Shown: piece by piece, positions 1-11,500 of the stretch
Position numbering within the stretch: position 1 is the first letter of the stretch
How the letters are laid out: each line of letters starts with the position of its first letter
DNA from: Nitrosopumilus sp.
GTDB lineage: Archaea; Thermoproteota; Nitrososphaeria; Nitrososphaerales; Nitrosopumilaceae
DNA length: 64,000 nucleotides
Direction of reading: 5' to 3'
Assembly (NCBI GenBank): GCA_965223425.1
Contig: OZ245003.1
Span: 1,216,001 to 1,280,000 of the forward strand
The notes under the pieces: model-generated
Database searches by the model: none
What the model saw: only the letters and a program-made list of their open reading frames with translations
Told to the model about the DNA's origin: nothing
Position numbers and translations under genes: made by a program

Positions 1-102
1 AAACTTGTCCTTAGAACATCTAAAGGCGGCAATTCCGGGTATGTCTCTAGTTAATTTTCTAACTTGCACTTTACTAAAATCAATCTGGGTTTTGGGATGC
101 AA
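1..102 (-). CDS. 5' part of a putative GNAT acetyltransferase (toxin-like), runs off the window edge
   Basis: Own translation from TTG at 102: (M)HPKTQIDFSKVQVRKLTRDIPGIAAFRCSKDKF. 'AFRCS' resembles the N-terminal F-x-C-G motif of TacT/AtaT-type GNATs. Lies 8 bp downstream of the small ORF 111..257. Confidence 0.4.
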   Translation of the reverse strand, partial: MHPKTQIDFSKVQVRKLTRDIPGIAAFRCSKDKF

Positions 103-110
103 TGAAAAAT

Positions 111-257
111 CTAATCTCTTTGTACGTTTAGTTTTTTTGCCTTTGCTATGGCTTCAGTCATCATTTTTCTTTGTTGTGTGGTTGGACCTTTTTTGAGAAT
201 GTCGACTACCTGATTCCATTGTTTGTTATCTAGTGGTTTTACCTCTCTTAAAGCCAT
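111..257 (-). CDS. 48-aa protein, possible DUF1778/TacA-like antitoxin C-terminal helix
   Basis: MALREVKPLDNKQWNQVVDILKKGPTTQQRKMMTEAIAKAKK. ATG at 257, with a TATA-like TTTTATATA about 25 nt upstream on the minus strand. Confidence 0.5.
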   Translation of the reverse strand: MALREVKPLDNKQWNQVVDILKKGPTTQQRKMMTEAIAKAKKLNVQRD

Positions 258-314
258 GATGTGCCATGTGACAATATTGTATATAAAACATGTCCTCAAG
301 GTTACGTAAAGTTA

Positions 315-371
315 CAGACTCCTTGGTTTTGATTTATTTCGGTGATCTGATCACTGTTTTGCACCAGAACC
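315..371 (+). repeat. Dispersed repeat copy 1, ending in an IS6/IS240-like inverted-repeat end
   Basis: cagactccttggttttgatttatttcggtgatctgatcactgttttgcaccagaacc aligns ungapped with 22230-22283 (41/54 by hand). The reverse complement of its end is GGTTCTGGTGCAAAA. Confidence 0.7.
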
Positions 372-374
372 TAA

Positions 375-1976
375 TTATTTTTCTGAGGCTGCCTTGATAA
401 ATCCTGCAAATGATTCTTCAGGAAACCCGGGACGGCTATTGAATTCTGGATGAAATTGAACTCCCAGATAGAATTTATGTGACGGAATTTCAAGCATTTC
501 CATTCTCTTCCCCCCATCACTTTCAGCTGAAAATATTAGTCCGTTTTTTTCAAATTCGGGAATATACTCTTTGTTAATTTCATATCTGTGCCTGTGACGT
601 TTACTGATGCTTGTTGCATTGTAAATTTTTTGCGCAACTGTGTCTTCTTTAATTAAAATTTCATTTGCACCCAATCTGAGGGATCCGCCCATGTCTGAAA
701 CATCTTTCTGCTCGGGAAGCAAGTCTACCACCGGATTTTTCGCACCGCTCTTAATTTCAGCTGAATTTGCATCCTCCAAATCCAACACACTTCTTCCAAA
801 TGCAATTGCAGCTAGCTGAAATCCAAAACATATGCCAAGATACGGTATGTTTTTCTCACGTGCAAAATTCGCTGTCTGAATGATTCCTTCAGAACCTCTA
901 GTGCCAAATCCGCCTGGAACCAGGATTCCGTCATAGCTTGATAAAGTATTGTAATCCGTGATTGATTCGGAGTCTATCCAATCAATATCTGTTGATCTGC
1001 CTATCTGTGCACCTGCATGTCTTAGCGCGTGATTTACACTCACATAACTGTCGGCAAGCGTGACGTACTTTCCGACCATTGCAATCTTTACTTTTTGCTC
1101 TTCATGATTAACCATGTCTTGGGCAATCATATTCCATTTGTCCCAGTTAGCTGAGGCGTTTACCATTCCTACTTTTCCAAACTTTGTAAACATTGAATCC
1201 ATGATTCCCTGATCATAAAGCATCTGCGGCACTTCAAAGATTGATTTTGCATCATGACATGACAAAACGTCTTTTGTTGTTACATTTGTAAACATTCCAA
1301 TCTTCTTTTTTGTTTTTTCTTCTAACGGAAGCGTACACCTGACTGCTAAAAAGTCTGGCTGAATACCAATTCTTCGCAACTCTTGCACGCTGTGCTGAGT
1401 TGGCTTTGTTTTTTGCTCTCCTACCACATCTAGTGACGGTGCTAAAGTTACATGAACAAAAATTACTCCTTGTGAACCTTCTTCTGCCCTCATCTGTCTT
1501 AGTGCTTCTAAAAATGGCAATGACTCGATATCCCCTACAGTTCCGCCACATTCTACAATCAAAAAGTCTAATTTTTCACCTTCTGCTATTTTCTTGATTC
1601 GATTTTTAATTTCATCAGTTACATGTGGAATAATCTGAACGCATGCCCCCAAATATTCACCTTTTCTTTCTGCTTCAATTACTGAAGAATACACCTGAGC
1701 CGTTGTAATGTTGTGACTTTTTGGAATATTCTGATTAAGAAATCTTTCATAATTACCAATGTCCATATCGCATTCCCCTCCATCTTCTGTTACGAATACT
1801 TCGCCGTGAGCTATCGGATTCATCGTTCCTGCATCATAGTTTAGATATGGATCTATCTTGACACAAGAAACTTTTTGGTATGCTAATTGTAATAATTTTG
1901 CAATCGAGGAAGTTGTTATGCCTTTTCCAAGGCCAGACATCACACCGCCTGTGACAAAAATAAACTTCGTCTGCAC
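375..1976 (-). CDS. pyrG: CTP synthase
   Basis: N-terminal KFIFVTGGVMSGLGKG, KIDPYLN, glutaminase GICFG and QFHPEF motifs; 533 aa. Confidence 0.99.
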   Translation of the reverse strand: MQTKFIFVTGGVMSGLGKGITTSSIAKLLQLAYQKVSCVKIDPYLNYDAGTMNPIAHGEVFVTEDGGECDMDIGNYERFLNQNIPKSHNITTAQVYSSVIEAERKGEYLGACVQIIPHVTDEIKNRIKKIAEGEKLDFLIVECGGTVGDIESLPFLEALRQMRAEEGSQGVIFVHVTLAPSLDVVGEQKTKPTQHSVQELRRIGIQPDFLAVRCTLPLEEKTKKKIGMFTNVTTKDVLSCHDAKSIFEVPQMLYDQGIMDSMFTKFGKVGMVNASANWDKWNMIAQDMVNHEEQKVKIAMVGKYVTLADSYVSVNHALRHAGAQIGRSTDIDWIDSESITDYNTLSSYDGILVPGGFGTRGSEGIIQTANFAREKNIPYLGICFGFQLAAIAFGRSVLDLEDANSAEIKSGAKNPVVDLLPEQKDVSDMGGSLRLGANEILIKEDTVAQKIYNATSISKRHRHRYEINKEYIPEFEKNGLIFSAESDGGKRMEMLEIPSHKFYLGVQFHPEFNSRPGFPEESFAGFIKAASEK

Positions 1977-2064
1977 ATTAATGAAACAAATATCTGTCTT
2001 TTGTATGTTTTGCCTGCATCTGGATAAAAACTAGGCTTGGCTTATCTTCCAATTACCTGTAAGG

Positions 2065-2106
2065 ATGGTGTATTCTGGTGACAGATCATCATTTTGCACC
2101 AGAGCC
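2065..2106 (+). repeat. Dispersed repeat copy 2 (left border of the GC-rich island)
   Basis: atggtgtattctggtgacagatcatcattttgcaccagagcc. The 22-nt cagatcatcattttgcaccaga is identical to copy 3. Confidence 0.8.
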
Positions 2107-2356
2107 TATTGGCCGCGCCGTGATTAACCCGTAGCCTGCTGCCCTCGGACTTGCGGATTTCAGTCCTGCCATCTGGAATGCCTTAGAACAGACAGACAGA
2201 CAGACAACACCTAGCATCTTCGGATCTGCCACCCGCGCCGCGCCATCAGAACCTTATCCGTCTTTTGCCATGATCGAGATCCGCAGAACCGGCAGCATCT
2301 GTTGCGCATGCCATGTTTTGGTCAATCTTATTTCTGCAAACAGAATCCAGAATCTG

Positions 2357-2373
2357 AAAAAAATATATAAATA
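2357..2373 (+). promoter_or_regulatory. Candidate BRE/TATA promoter for the giant gene
   Basis: aaaaaaatatataaata is the best purine-run + TATA match upstream of 2597. It would imply a leader of about 200 nt. Confidence 0.35.
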
Positions 2374-2503
2374 CCAAAACAAAAGCATCAAATTGTTGAT
2401 TTACACCTCTCAGTTATCTGCTTTCAAGCCGTTGCCAACAGTACCGTACTTTTGTCATTCCTGCAATAATTCTGCCTTCCCTGCCACAATGTTGCCTGAC
2501 TCC

Positions 2504-2517
2504 GGGGGGGGGGGGGG
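2504..2517 (+). repeat. G14 homopolymer followed by (GT/GC)n, upstream of the giant gene
   Basis: tcc-G14-tgcgtgtgcgtgtgtgg. Confidence 0.9.
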
Positions 2518-2596
2518 TGCGTGTGCGTGTGTGGAGGAAGGATCAGCGGCAGCAATAATGGTATTGGGAGAAGAAGAGGACGGGAGATTCTGATAG

Positions 2597-5500
2597 TTGC
2601 AACGATTGATAAAGTCACCGCTGCCTGCAATAGCAGCAATAGCGGCACTTGTTCTTCTGATTCCCCTTTGCATCTCCCTTGCTGATGCCGCGATAGATTC
2701 GCCTGTTCCAGTCGCCTCTGTTGCTGACGGCTCGGCCTACCCCGAGCTTGCAGGCGCATGGGATATTACCACCGTGGTTATCAACGCCAGCACCTACGCC
2801 CTTGTTACGGGATCTCACGACTTAGGAGTCCAGATAATTGACATTACGGATCCCGCAAGCCCCACACATGTAGCTGCTATCATTGATGGTCAGTCCCATT
2901 CCAACAGCAAGAAATTTGACACGCTCTCATCTCCACATGGAATCACCACCGTGGATATTGGCACCAGCACCTACGCCCTGGTCGCATCATCCCATGAGGG
3001 CGGCATCCAGATAATAAATATCACAGATCCCGCAGACCCTGCCCCAGTCGTCTCTATCCGTAACGACAAGACCTACCCCAAGCTTGCAGGCGCATGGGAT
3101 GTCACCACCGTGAAGATAAACTCCAGCACCTACGCCATGGTCACATCAAACGAATCCACTAACGGTGGCGGCGTCCAGATAATCAACATTACTAATCCCG
3201 CAGACCCTGCCCCCGTCTCCTCCTTTGGTAACGGGGACGCCGTCACAGTCGGCGAGGAAGAGAAGACATACGACACGCTTGCAGGCGCCAATGGAATAAC
3301 CACAGTGAATATGGGCTCCAGCACCTACGCCCTTGTTACGGCATATTACGACAACGGCGTCCAGATAATCAACATTACTAATCCTGCCAGCCCCGTCCCA
3401 GCCGCCTCTATTACTGACAACTCTACCATAAATCTTGCAGGCGCGGTAGACATCACCACCGTGAAGATAGACTCCAGCACCTACGCCCTTGTTGCGGCAT
3501 ATTACGACAACGGCGTCCAGATAATCAACATTACTAATCCTGCCAGCCCCGTCCCAGCCGCCTCTATTACTGACAACTCTACCATAAATCTTGCAGGCGC
3601 CTATGGAATAACCACCGTGACTGACGGCTCCAGCACCTACGCCCTTGTTGCGGCATCTACCGACAACGGCGTCCAGATAATTGACATTACTAATCCTGCC
3701 AGCCCCGTCCCAGCCGCCTCTATTACTGACGAACAGGAACATGACAACGGCAAGACATTTGACGAGCTTGAAGGCGCACATGGCATTACCACAGTGACTG
3801 ACGGCTCCAGTACCTACGCTTTGGTCGCATCAACCGGCGACAACGGAGTCCAGATAATTGACATCTCGACGGCAGCAGAAGAAGAATCCACTACAGACAG
3901 GCAGCCATCAACACAATCAGACACAGATGCTATTACCACAAGCAAACAAACATCCGCAGATGCAACGTCTGTCCCGGCAGACTGGGGCCTGATACCCTCG
4001 GGCCTTGGCGAGGGACAAGACCGGTTCAGGCTGCTCATCGTGACATCTACTGAACACAACGCCACATCTTCTGACATAGCAGTATATGACACATTCGTCC
4101 AAAACCTCGTAGCAGCAGGCCATGAAGACATACAAGAATACAGCTCGTCATTCAGGGTGGTGGGCAGCACGTCTACAGTCGATGCGCGCAACCACACCGG
4201 TACCACCCATACCGATACAAACAAGGGCCCCCCAATCTACTGGCTAGACGGCGCAAAGGTGGCAGACAACTATCAGGACTTTTACGACGGATCATGGGAT
4301 GAGGAGAGATCCGCGCGAAACGAGAATGGAGATGAATTCGTGTTTGGTACTACTTCTATATTTACTGGTTCTAAGTCTGATGGGACAAAAGCATCCTTTT
4401 TTTACTTAGGTAATAACCTAGGGGCACTACTGGGGCTTCCAAACATAGATAGGGATCCACTCACCAGTGATAATCCTTTCACCTCATCTGAAACCCTTCG
4501 GTTTTACGGCATCTCGCCTGTATTTCAGATAGGCACAACAAATGCCGCCCCAATCGCCGATGCCGGCCCAAACCAGCACGTGCAGGAAAGAGACACGGTG
4601 ACCCTTGACGGGACTAACTCGGCGGATCCTGATAACGGCGACGACACTACCCTGACGTACTCGTGGTCCCAGACATCAGGTACCCCTGCCGTAACCCTGG
4701 CAAACGCCAACACAACAAGCCCCACATTCACGGCACCGTCCACTGCCAACTTTACTGCCCTGACGTTCGCGCTTACAACAAATGACGGCTCCCTGTCAAG
4801 CAACAATGACACGGTAACAGTAACAGTCTACGACGACCAGACGATCTTTGCCAGGTCTGCCACATACTATGAAAACCACGGCATCCTCGGCATAACCTTC
4901 AACAAGGACGTCAACCTGCTCATTAGTACTGAGCTTGACTTGTTCCATATCCGCGAGTCCGGCTCTGATGATGGCGGCTCGAATCTTCTCTCCTCCAAGC
5001 TGCTGATCACGACGGGCAGCACGGCGCATTTCAAGCTTGATTCATCCACAGACAGCGCAGTCAGGGCATTGGCATCCCCGGAGGCTGACATAGAACCCGA
5101 TTTCACATATTCACAAGGAGGATTCTCATTTGATTACGACCAGAACGACCTGCCAATAAAGAGCGGCGCATTTCTTCCGCTGATAGAATCTGTTACCCTT
5201 GCGGCCCGTGACGAGCTCACCGTGCGCTTTTTGTCCAACGTCGACACGGACATTACTAACGGCACGGGGTGGATCCTGTTTGGCGCAGACGTAACGGCAG
5301 CAAACCTTGCCATAGAATCAAACTCGGATCCGGGCGGAATAAAAGACACCATGACGCTTGCGCTAAATGCCTCCCTGCCAGGCACTGCCACCAGGTTCGA
5401 TGACGTGCACGTCAAATACCAGAGGCCGTCAGGCGATGGCGGAGGCATCTTCAACGGCACTGAATACCTCGGGAACACTGCTGACATCAAGGCAGCCGAC

Positions 5501-8500
5501 GGCCTGCCGCCGGTTCCAGTCAGCGCCGCAGCAGCCTCTGCCATGTCAACGTCGATAACTGTAACCTTCTCAGAGAACGTCCTGGGCTCGCATGGCGCCG
5601 GAAGCTTTTCGCTCTCACGTGCCGCAGGCAGCGCCACCACGACGCCCGTACCTGCAGTGGTGCCAGAAACGATATTCACTGACTCTGAGACCCTCACGCT
5701 CAACCTTAATAGCACCATCGGCAACAACGACCTGACTGTCGCCTACAACCAGGACCTGGCAGGCAGCGGCATAGCAGACGTTGCAGGCAACCCCGTGGCA
5801 AGCTTTGAAGGAATACCGGTGGGCACGCAGTCTGCGCCAACGCCTCCAACGCCGCCGGACGGCAACGCCCCACCGACTGCCTCAATTGCCGCGCCTGCCC
5901 GGGCAGCAGAGGGCACGACTGTAACCCTTGTCGGGACCGGCTCCAGTGACAGTGACGGCACAATATCATTATACGCGTGGACTGCCAACAACACGTCCAT
6001 CACAATAATTGATGCTGACAAGGCAGAAGCATCATTTACGGCACCCCAGGTCACTGCGAACGCCACTCTGGTCATCACGCTGAAGGTAACTGATGATGAC
6101 GGCGCCACAGGCTCTGCAAACCACACCATGACGCTCTACGACACAAACAGGCTGCCAGCTGCCGATGCCGGCCCAAACCAGCACGTGCAGGAGGGCGACA
6201 CGGTGACCCTTGACGGGACTAGATCGGCGGATCCTGATGACGGCGACACCCTGACGTACTCGTGGTCCCAGACATCAGGTACCCCTACCGTACCCCTGAC
6301 AAACGCCGACACTGCAAGCCCCACCTTCACTGCACCGTCCACTGCCAACTTTACTGCCCTGACGTTCGCGCTTACAACAAATGACGGCTCCCTGTCAAGC
6401 AACAATGACACGGTAACAGTAACAGTCTACGACGACCAGACGATCTTTGCCAGGTCTGCCACATACTATGAAAACCACGGCATCCTCGGTGTAACCTTCA
6501 ACAAGGACGTCAACCTGCTCATTAGTACTGAGCTTGACTTGTTCCATATCCGCGAGTCCGGCTCTGACTCTGGCGGCTCGAATCTTGCCTTCCCCCTACT
6601 GCTGCACACGAGTGGCAGCACGGCGCATTACAAGCTTGACCCGTCCACAGATAACGCATTCAGGGCTTTGACATCCCCGGAGGCTGACATAGAGGGATTC
6701 TTTACATATTCCCAAAACGGGTTCTCATTTGAATACGACCAGAACGACCTGCCAATAGGCAAAAGCGGCGCATTTCTTCCGCTGATAGAATCTGTTACCC
6801 TCGTAGCCCATAACGAGCTTGCCGTGCGCTTTTTGTCCAACGTTGATACGGACATAACTGACGGCACGGGATGGATCCTGTTTGGCGCAGACGCGGCAGG
6901 CCTTGCCATAAAATCAAACTCGGATCCCGGCGGGACAACAGACGCCATGACGCTTGCGCTGAACGCCTCCCTGCCGGACACTGCCACTAGGTTTGATGCC
7001 GTGCACGCCCATTACCAGAGGCCGCCTGCCGATGGTGATGGTGCCACCTCACACAGGGGCGGCATCTTCAACGGGACCGAGTACCTCGATAACGCACGCA
7101 ACATCATGGCAAATGACGGCCTGCCGCCTGTCCCAGTCAGCGCCGCGGCAGCTTCTGCCACGTCAACGTCAATAACCGTAACCTTCTCGGAGAACGTCAA
7201 GGGCTCGCATGGCACCGGGAGCTTTTCGCTCTCACGTGCTGCAGGCAGCGCAACAACGTCTACACCAATACCTGCAGTGGTGCCGCAAACAATACTCACT
7301 GACTCTTCAACCCTCACGCTTGGCCTTGACGGTCCTGTCGGCAACAACACCCTGGTTATCAGCTACCGCCAGGATCTGGAAGGCAGCAGCATGGCAGACG
7401 TTGCAGGCAACCCCGTGGCAAGCTTTGCAAACATACCGGTGGGCACGCCTGACGTGAACCGGCTCCCGACTGCGATAATCAGCGCACCGGCCAGAGTAAC
7501 CGAGGGCGACGCGGTAACCCTTGACGGGACAGCGTCTGCTGATGATGACGGCACCATATCATCATACGAATGGATCGCCAACGACACGTCAATTACAATA
7601 ACAAACCCCTCTCAGGCAACTGCATCATTTACGGCGCCCCGGGTCACAGAGGACACTTCTCTGGTCATCACGCTGCAGGTAACTGATGATGACGGCGACA
7701 CCGGCTCTGCAAACCACACCATGACCATAGCCAACGTAAACCAGCGTGTGACAGATCCCCCTAGGTTCGTCTCAGCAGAGCTAGACGAGTCAGCAGGCGT
7801 GCTGAACATCACCTTTGACAAGGCGATAGACGCATCCGGCGTTAATGCTACAAAGTTCCACATCAGGGAGTCCGGATCCGTCACGGGCGGCGTGACCCTG
7901 TCCGGCGCCTCCGTTACCGTGACCACCCCCAACACGATTACCCTCAGGCTGGCAGAGGCAGACAGGCAGACAGTCATCGCGATGAACACGCCGTACCTGG
8001 AGATAGACGCCGGCGCGGTGTCTGACAGGTCAGGCAACCTCCTAACGGAGTCCTTTGACCTGACCCACGACCCGTCATTCTCGGGATCGTTCTACGTGGC
8101 GCAGGACACCCAGCCGGTGGACATCGCCTTCTCGCCTGACGGCACCAAGATGTTCATAATGGGTATTGATCACAAAACCGTGCGCCAGTACGCGCTCTCC
8201 ACACCCTTTGATGTCACCAACGCCTCCTACAACAACAAGTTCTTCGTGGTCAAAACCCAGGACGACACGCCGTTGAGCATCGCCTTCTCGCCTGACGGCA
8301 CCAAGATGTTCATGATGGGCGGTGAGCACGGCGCCGTGCGCCAGTACGCGCTCTCCACGCCCTTTGATGTCACCACTGCCTCCTACAGCGACGAGTTCTT
8401 CGTGGTCAGACACCAGGACGACCAGCCGGTGGGCATCACCTTCTCGCCTGACGGCACCAAGATGTCCATGGTGGGCCGTGTGCACGACGCCGTGCGCCAG

Positions 8501-11500
8501 TACGCGCTCTCCACGCCCTTTGATGTCACCACTGCCTCCTACAGCGACGAGTTCTTCGTGGTCAGAAACCAGGAGAAGGAGCCGACGGGCTTTGCCTTCT
8601 CGCCTGACGGCACCAAGATATTCATAGTGGGCCGTCAGCACGACGCCGTGCAACAGTACGCGCTCTCCACGCCCTTTGATATCACCACTGCCTCCTACAA
8701 CAACAAGTCCTTTGTGGTCAAAACCCAGGACGACGCGCCGAATGGCATCGCCTTCTCGTCTGACGGCACCAAGATGTTCATAATAGGCAATCAGCACGAC
8801 AGAGTGTACGAGTACCACATGAGGCTGCTCTACGACATAAACAGGTTGCCAACTGCCGATGCCGGCCCAAACCAGCACGTGCAGGAAGGAGACACGGTGA
8901 CCCTTGACGGGACAGGCTCGGCGGATCCTGACGGCGGCGACGACACCCTGACGTACTCGTGGTCCCAGACATCCGGCTCCCCTGCTGTAACACTGACAAA
9001 CGCCAACACAACAAGCCCCACATTCACTGCACCGTCCACCACCACCGCCGCCGATCCTATCACGCTAGAGTTCACGCTTACGGCAAGCGACTCTTCCTCC
9101 TCAAACGGCACTGACACGGTAACAGTAACAGTCTACGACGACCAGACAGTCTTTGCCAGGTCTGCCACGTACTATGAAAACCACGGCCTCCTTGACATAA
9201 CCTTCAACAGGGACATCGACAGAACGCGAGAAATTGTATTTGACTCGTTTCTTATCCGCGAGTCCGGCTCTAATTCCGGCGGCTCGGTTCTTACCTCCTC
9301 TGAATGGCTGCGAGACACGGCAGCAGGCAGCACGATGACCTTCAGGCTTAACCCGTCCACGGATGACGCAGTCGGGGCTTTGACATCCCCGGAGATTGAC
9401 ATAGAGAGTTTTGCCGTGTTTGGCACAAATAACATCCTATTTAATTACGACCAAGTCGAACTGCCAGTAGTCAAAAGCGGCGCATTTCTTCCGCTGATAG
9501 ACTCTGTTACCCTCATAACCCATAACGAGCTTGCCGTGCGCTTTTTGTCCAACGTTGATACGGACATAACTGACGGAGCGGGATGGATCCTGTTTGGCGC
9601 AGACGCGGCAGGCCTTGCCATAAAATCAAACTCGGATCCGGGCGGGACAACAGACGCCATGACGCTTGCGCTGAACGCCTCCCTGCCGGGCACTGCCACC
9701 AGGTTCGATGACGTGCACGTCCATTACCAGAGGCCGCCTGCCGATGATGCCGCCGGACAGAGGGGCGGCATCTTCAACGGGACCGAGTACCTCGATAACG
9801 CACGCGACATCAAGGCAGCCGACGGCCTGCCGCCTGTCCCAGTCAGCGCCGCGGCAGATTCTGCCACGTCAACGTCAATAACCGTAACCTTCTCGGAGAA
9901 CGTCAAGGGCTCGCATGGCGCCGGGAGCTTTTCGCTCTTGCGTGCTGCAGGCAGCGCAACAACGTCTATACCAATACCTGCTGTGGTGCCGCAAACAATA
10001 CTCACTGACTCTTCAACCCTCACGCTTGGCCTTGACGGTCCTGTCGGCAACAACACCCTGGTTATCGGCTACAACCAGGATCTGGAAGGCAGCAGCATGG
10101 CAGACGTTGCAGGCAACCCCGTGGCAAGCTTTGCAAACATACCGGTGAGCACGCCGTTTACGGGCGATACCGGCGGCGGCACGCCTGACGCAAACAGGCG
10201 ACCGATCGCAGAGGCCGGAGAACCACAGACGGTAAACGAGGGCGACACGGTAACCCTTGACGGGACAGCATCGCATGATCCTGACGGCGACCCCCTGACG
10301 TACGTGTGGGAGCAGGCAGCCCTGCAAGGTGAGCCGCCGCTGCGTATTGAAATCGACGGCGCGACTGCCACATTTACGGCCCCGCAGGTCACAGGACTTA
10401 CCTTCTACACCTTTACTCTAACCGTATATGACGGCAAGGTCTACTCGCACGTCGACACGGTCAACGTCATCGTCAACAACAGCGCCTCTGACGACCCGGT
10501 CGCAGACGCCGGTGCCAACCAGACGGAAAACGAGGGCTCCACGGTAACCCTTGACGGGACCGCCTCTGCTGACCCCAACGGCGACCCCCTGACGTACCTG
10601 TGGCGCCAGGTGTCCCCCGAGTCGCCGCAGATTGCCCTTGACGATGCCGCCTCGGCCACGCCGTCGTTTGTAGCACCCGTGACGCTGGCAGCCTGGACTG
10701 ACTTTGTCTTTGAGCTTGCAGTGGATGACGGACAGGGCAACTCCCACACTGATACTGTCACCGTCACCGTCCGCGACACTGTCTCCAACCGCCCCGTCGC
10801 AGACGCCGGTGCCAACCAGACGGTAAACGAGGGCGACACGGTAACCCTTGACGGGACCGGCTCCGCTGACCCCAACGGCGACCCCCTGACGTACTCGTGG
10901 AAGCAGGACAGGCCGGCCACGCCGCAGCTGCTCCTGGACGACCTCAACTCCCCTGTTGCCAACTTTGTTGCGCCACAGGTCAGAAACGCAACTGAGTACG
11001 TCCTTGAGCTTACAGTCAATGACGGACACGGCAACAGGAACACCGACCTGGTCACAATCACCGTCCGCGATACCGGCTCTGCTGACCCCAACATACCCGT
11101 GGCACGCGCAGGCGGAGGCCAGAGGGTCATGGAGGGCTCCACGGTGACACTTGACGGGACCGCCTCTGCTGACCCCAACGGCGACCCCCTGACGTACCTG
11201 TGGCGCCAGATCTCGATCCCAGGCGCACCAACGGTGCAACTTGAGGGCGCCAACACTGCCACTGCCACCTTCACCGCACCCGCGGTGGACGCCGAGATCG
11301 ACCTTGTCTTTGAGCTTGCAGTCAATGACGGAGACGGCAACAGGGACACTGACTATGTCGTAATCATCGTCCGTGACGGCGACCACGAACACGCCGGCTC
11401 CGTCCACGAACACGTCGGCCCCACCGCCGACGCAGGCCCAGACCAGGCATACCCCGAGGGGACAGTCATAACCCTCTTCGGCGGTTCATCCCGTGGCCAG

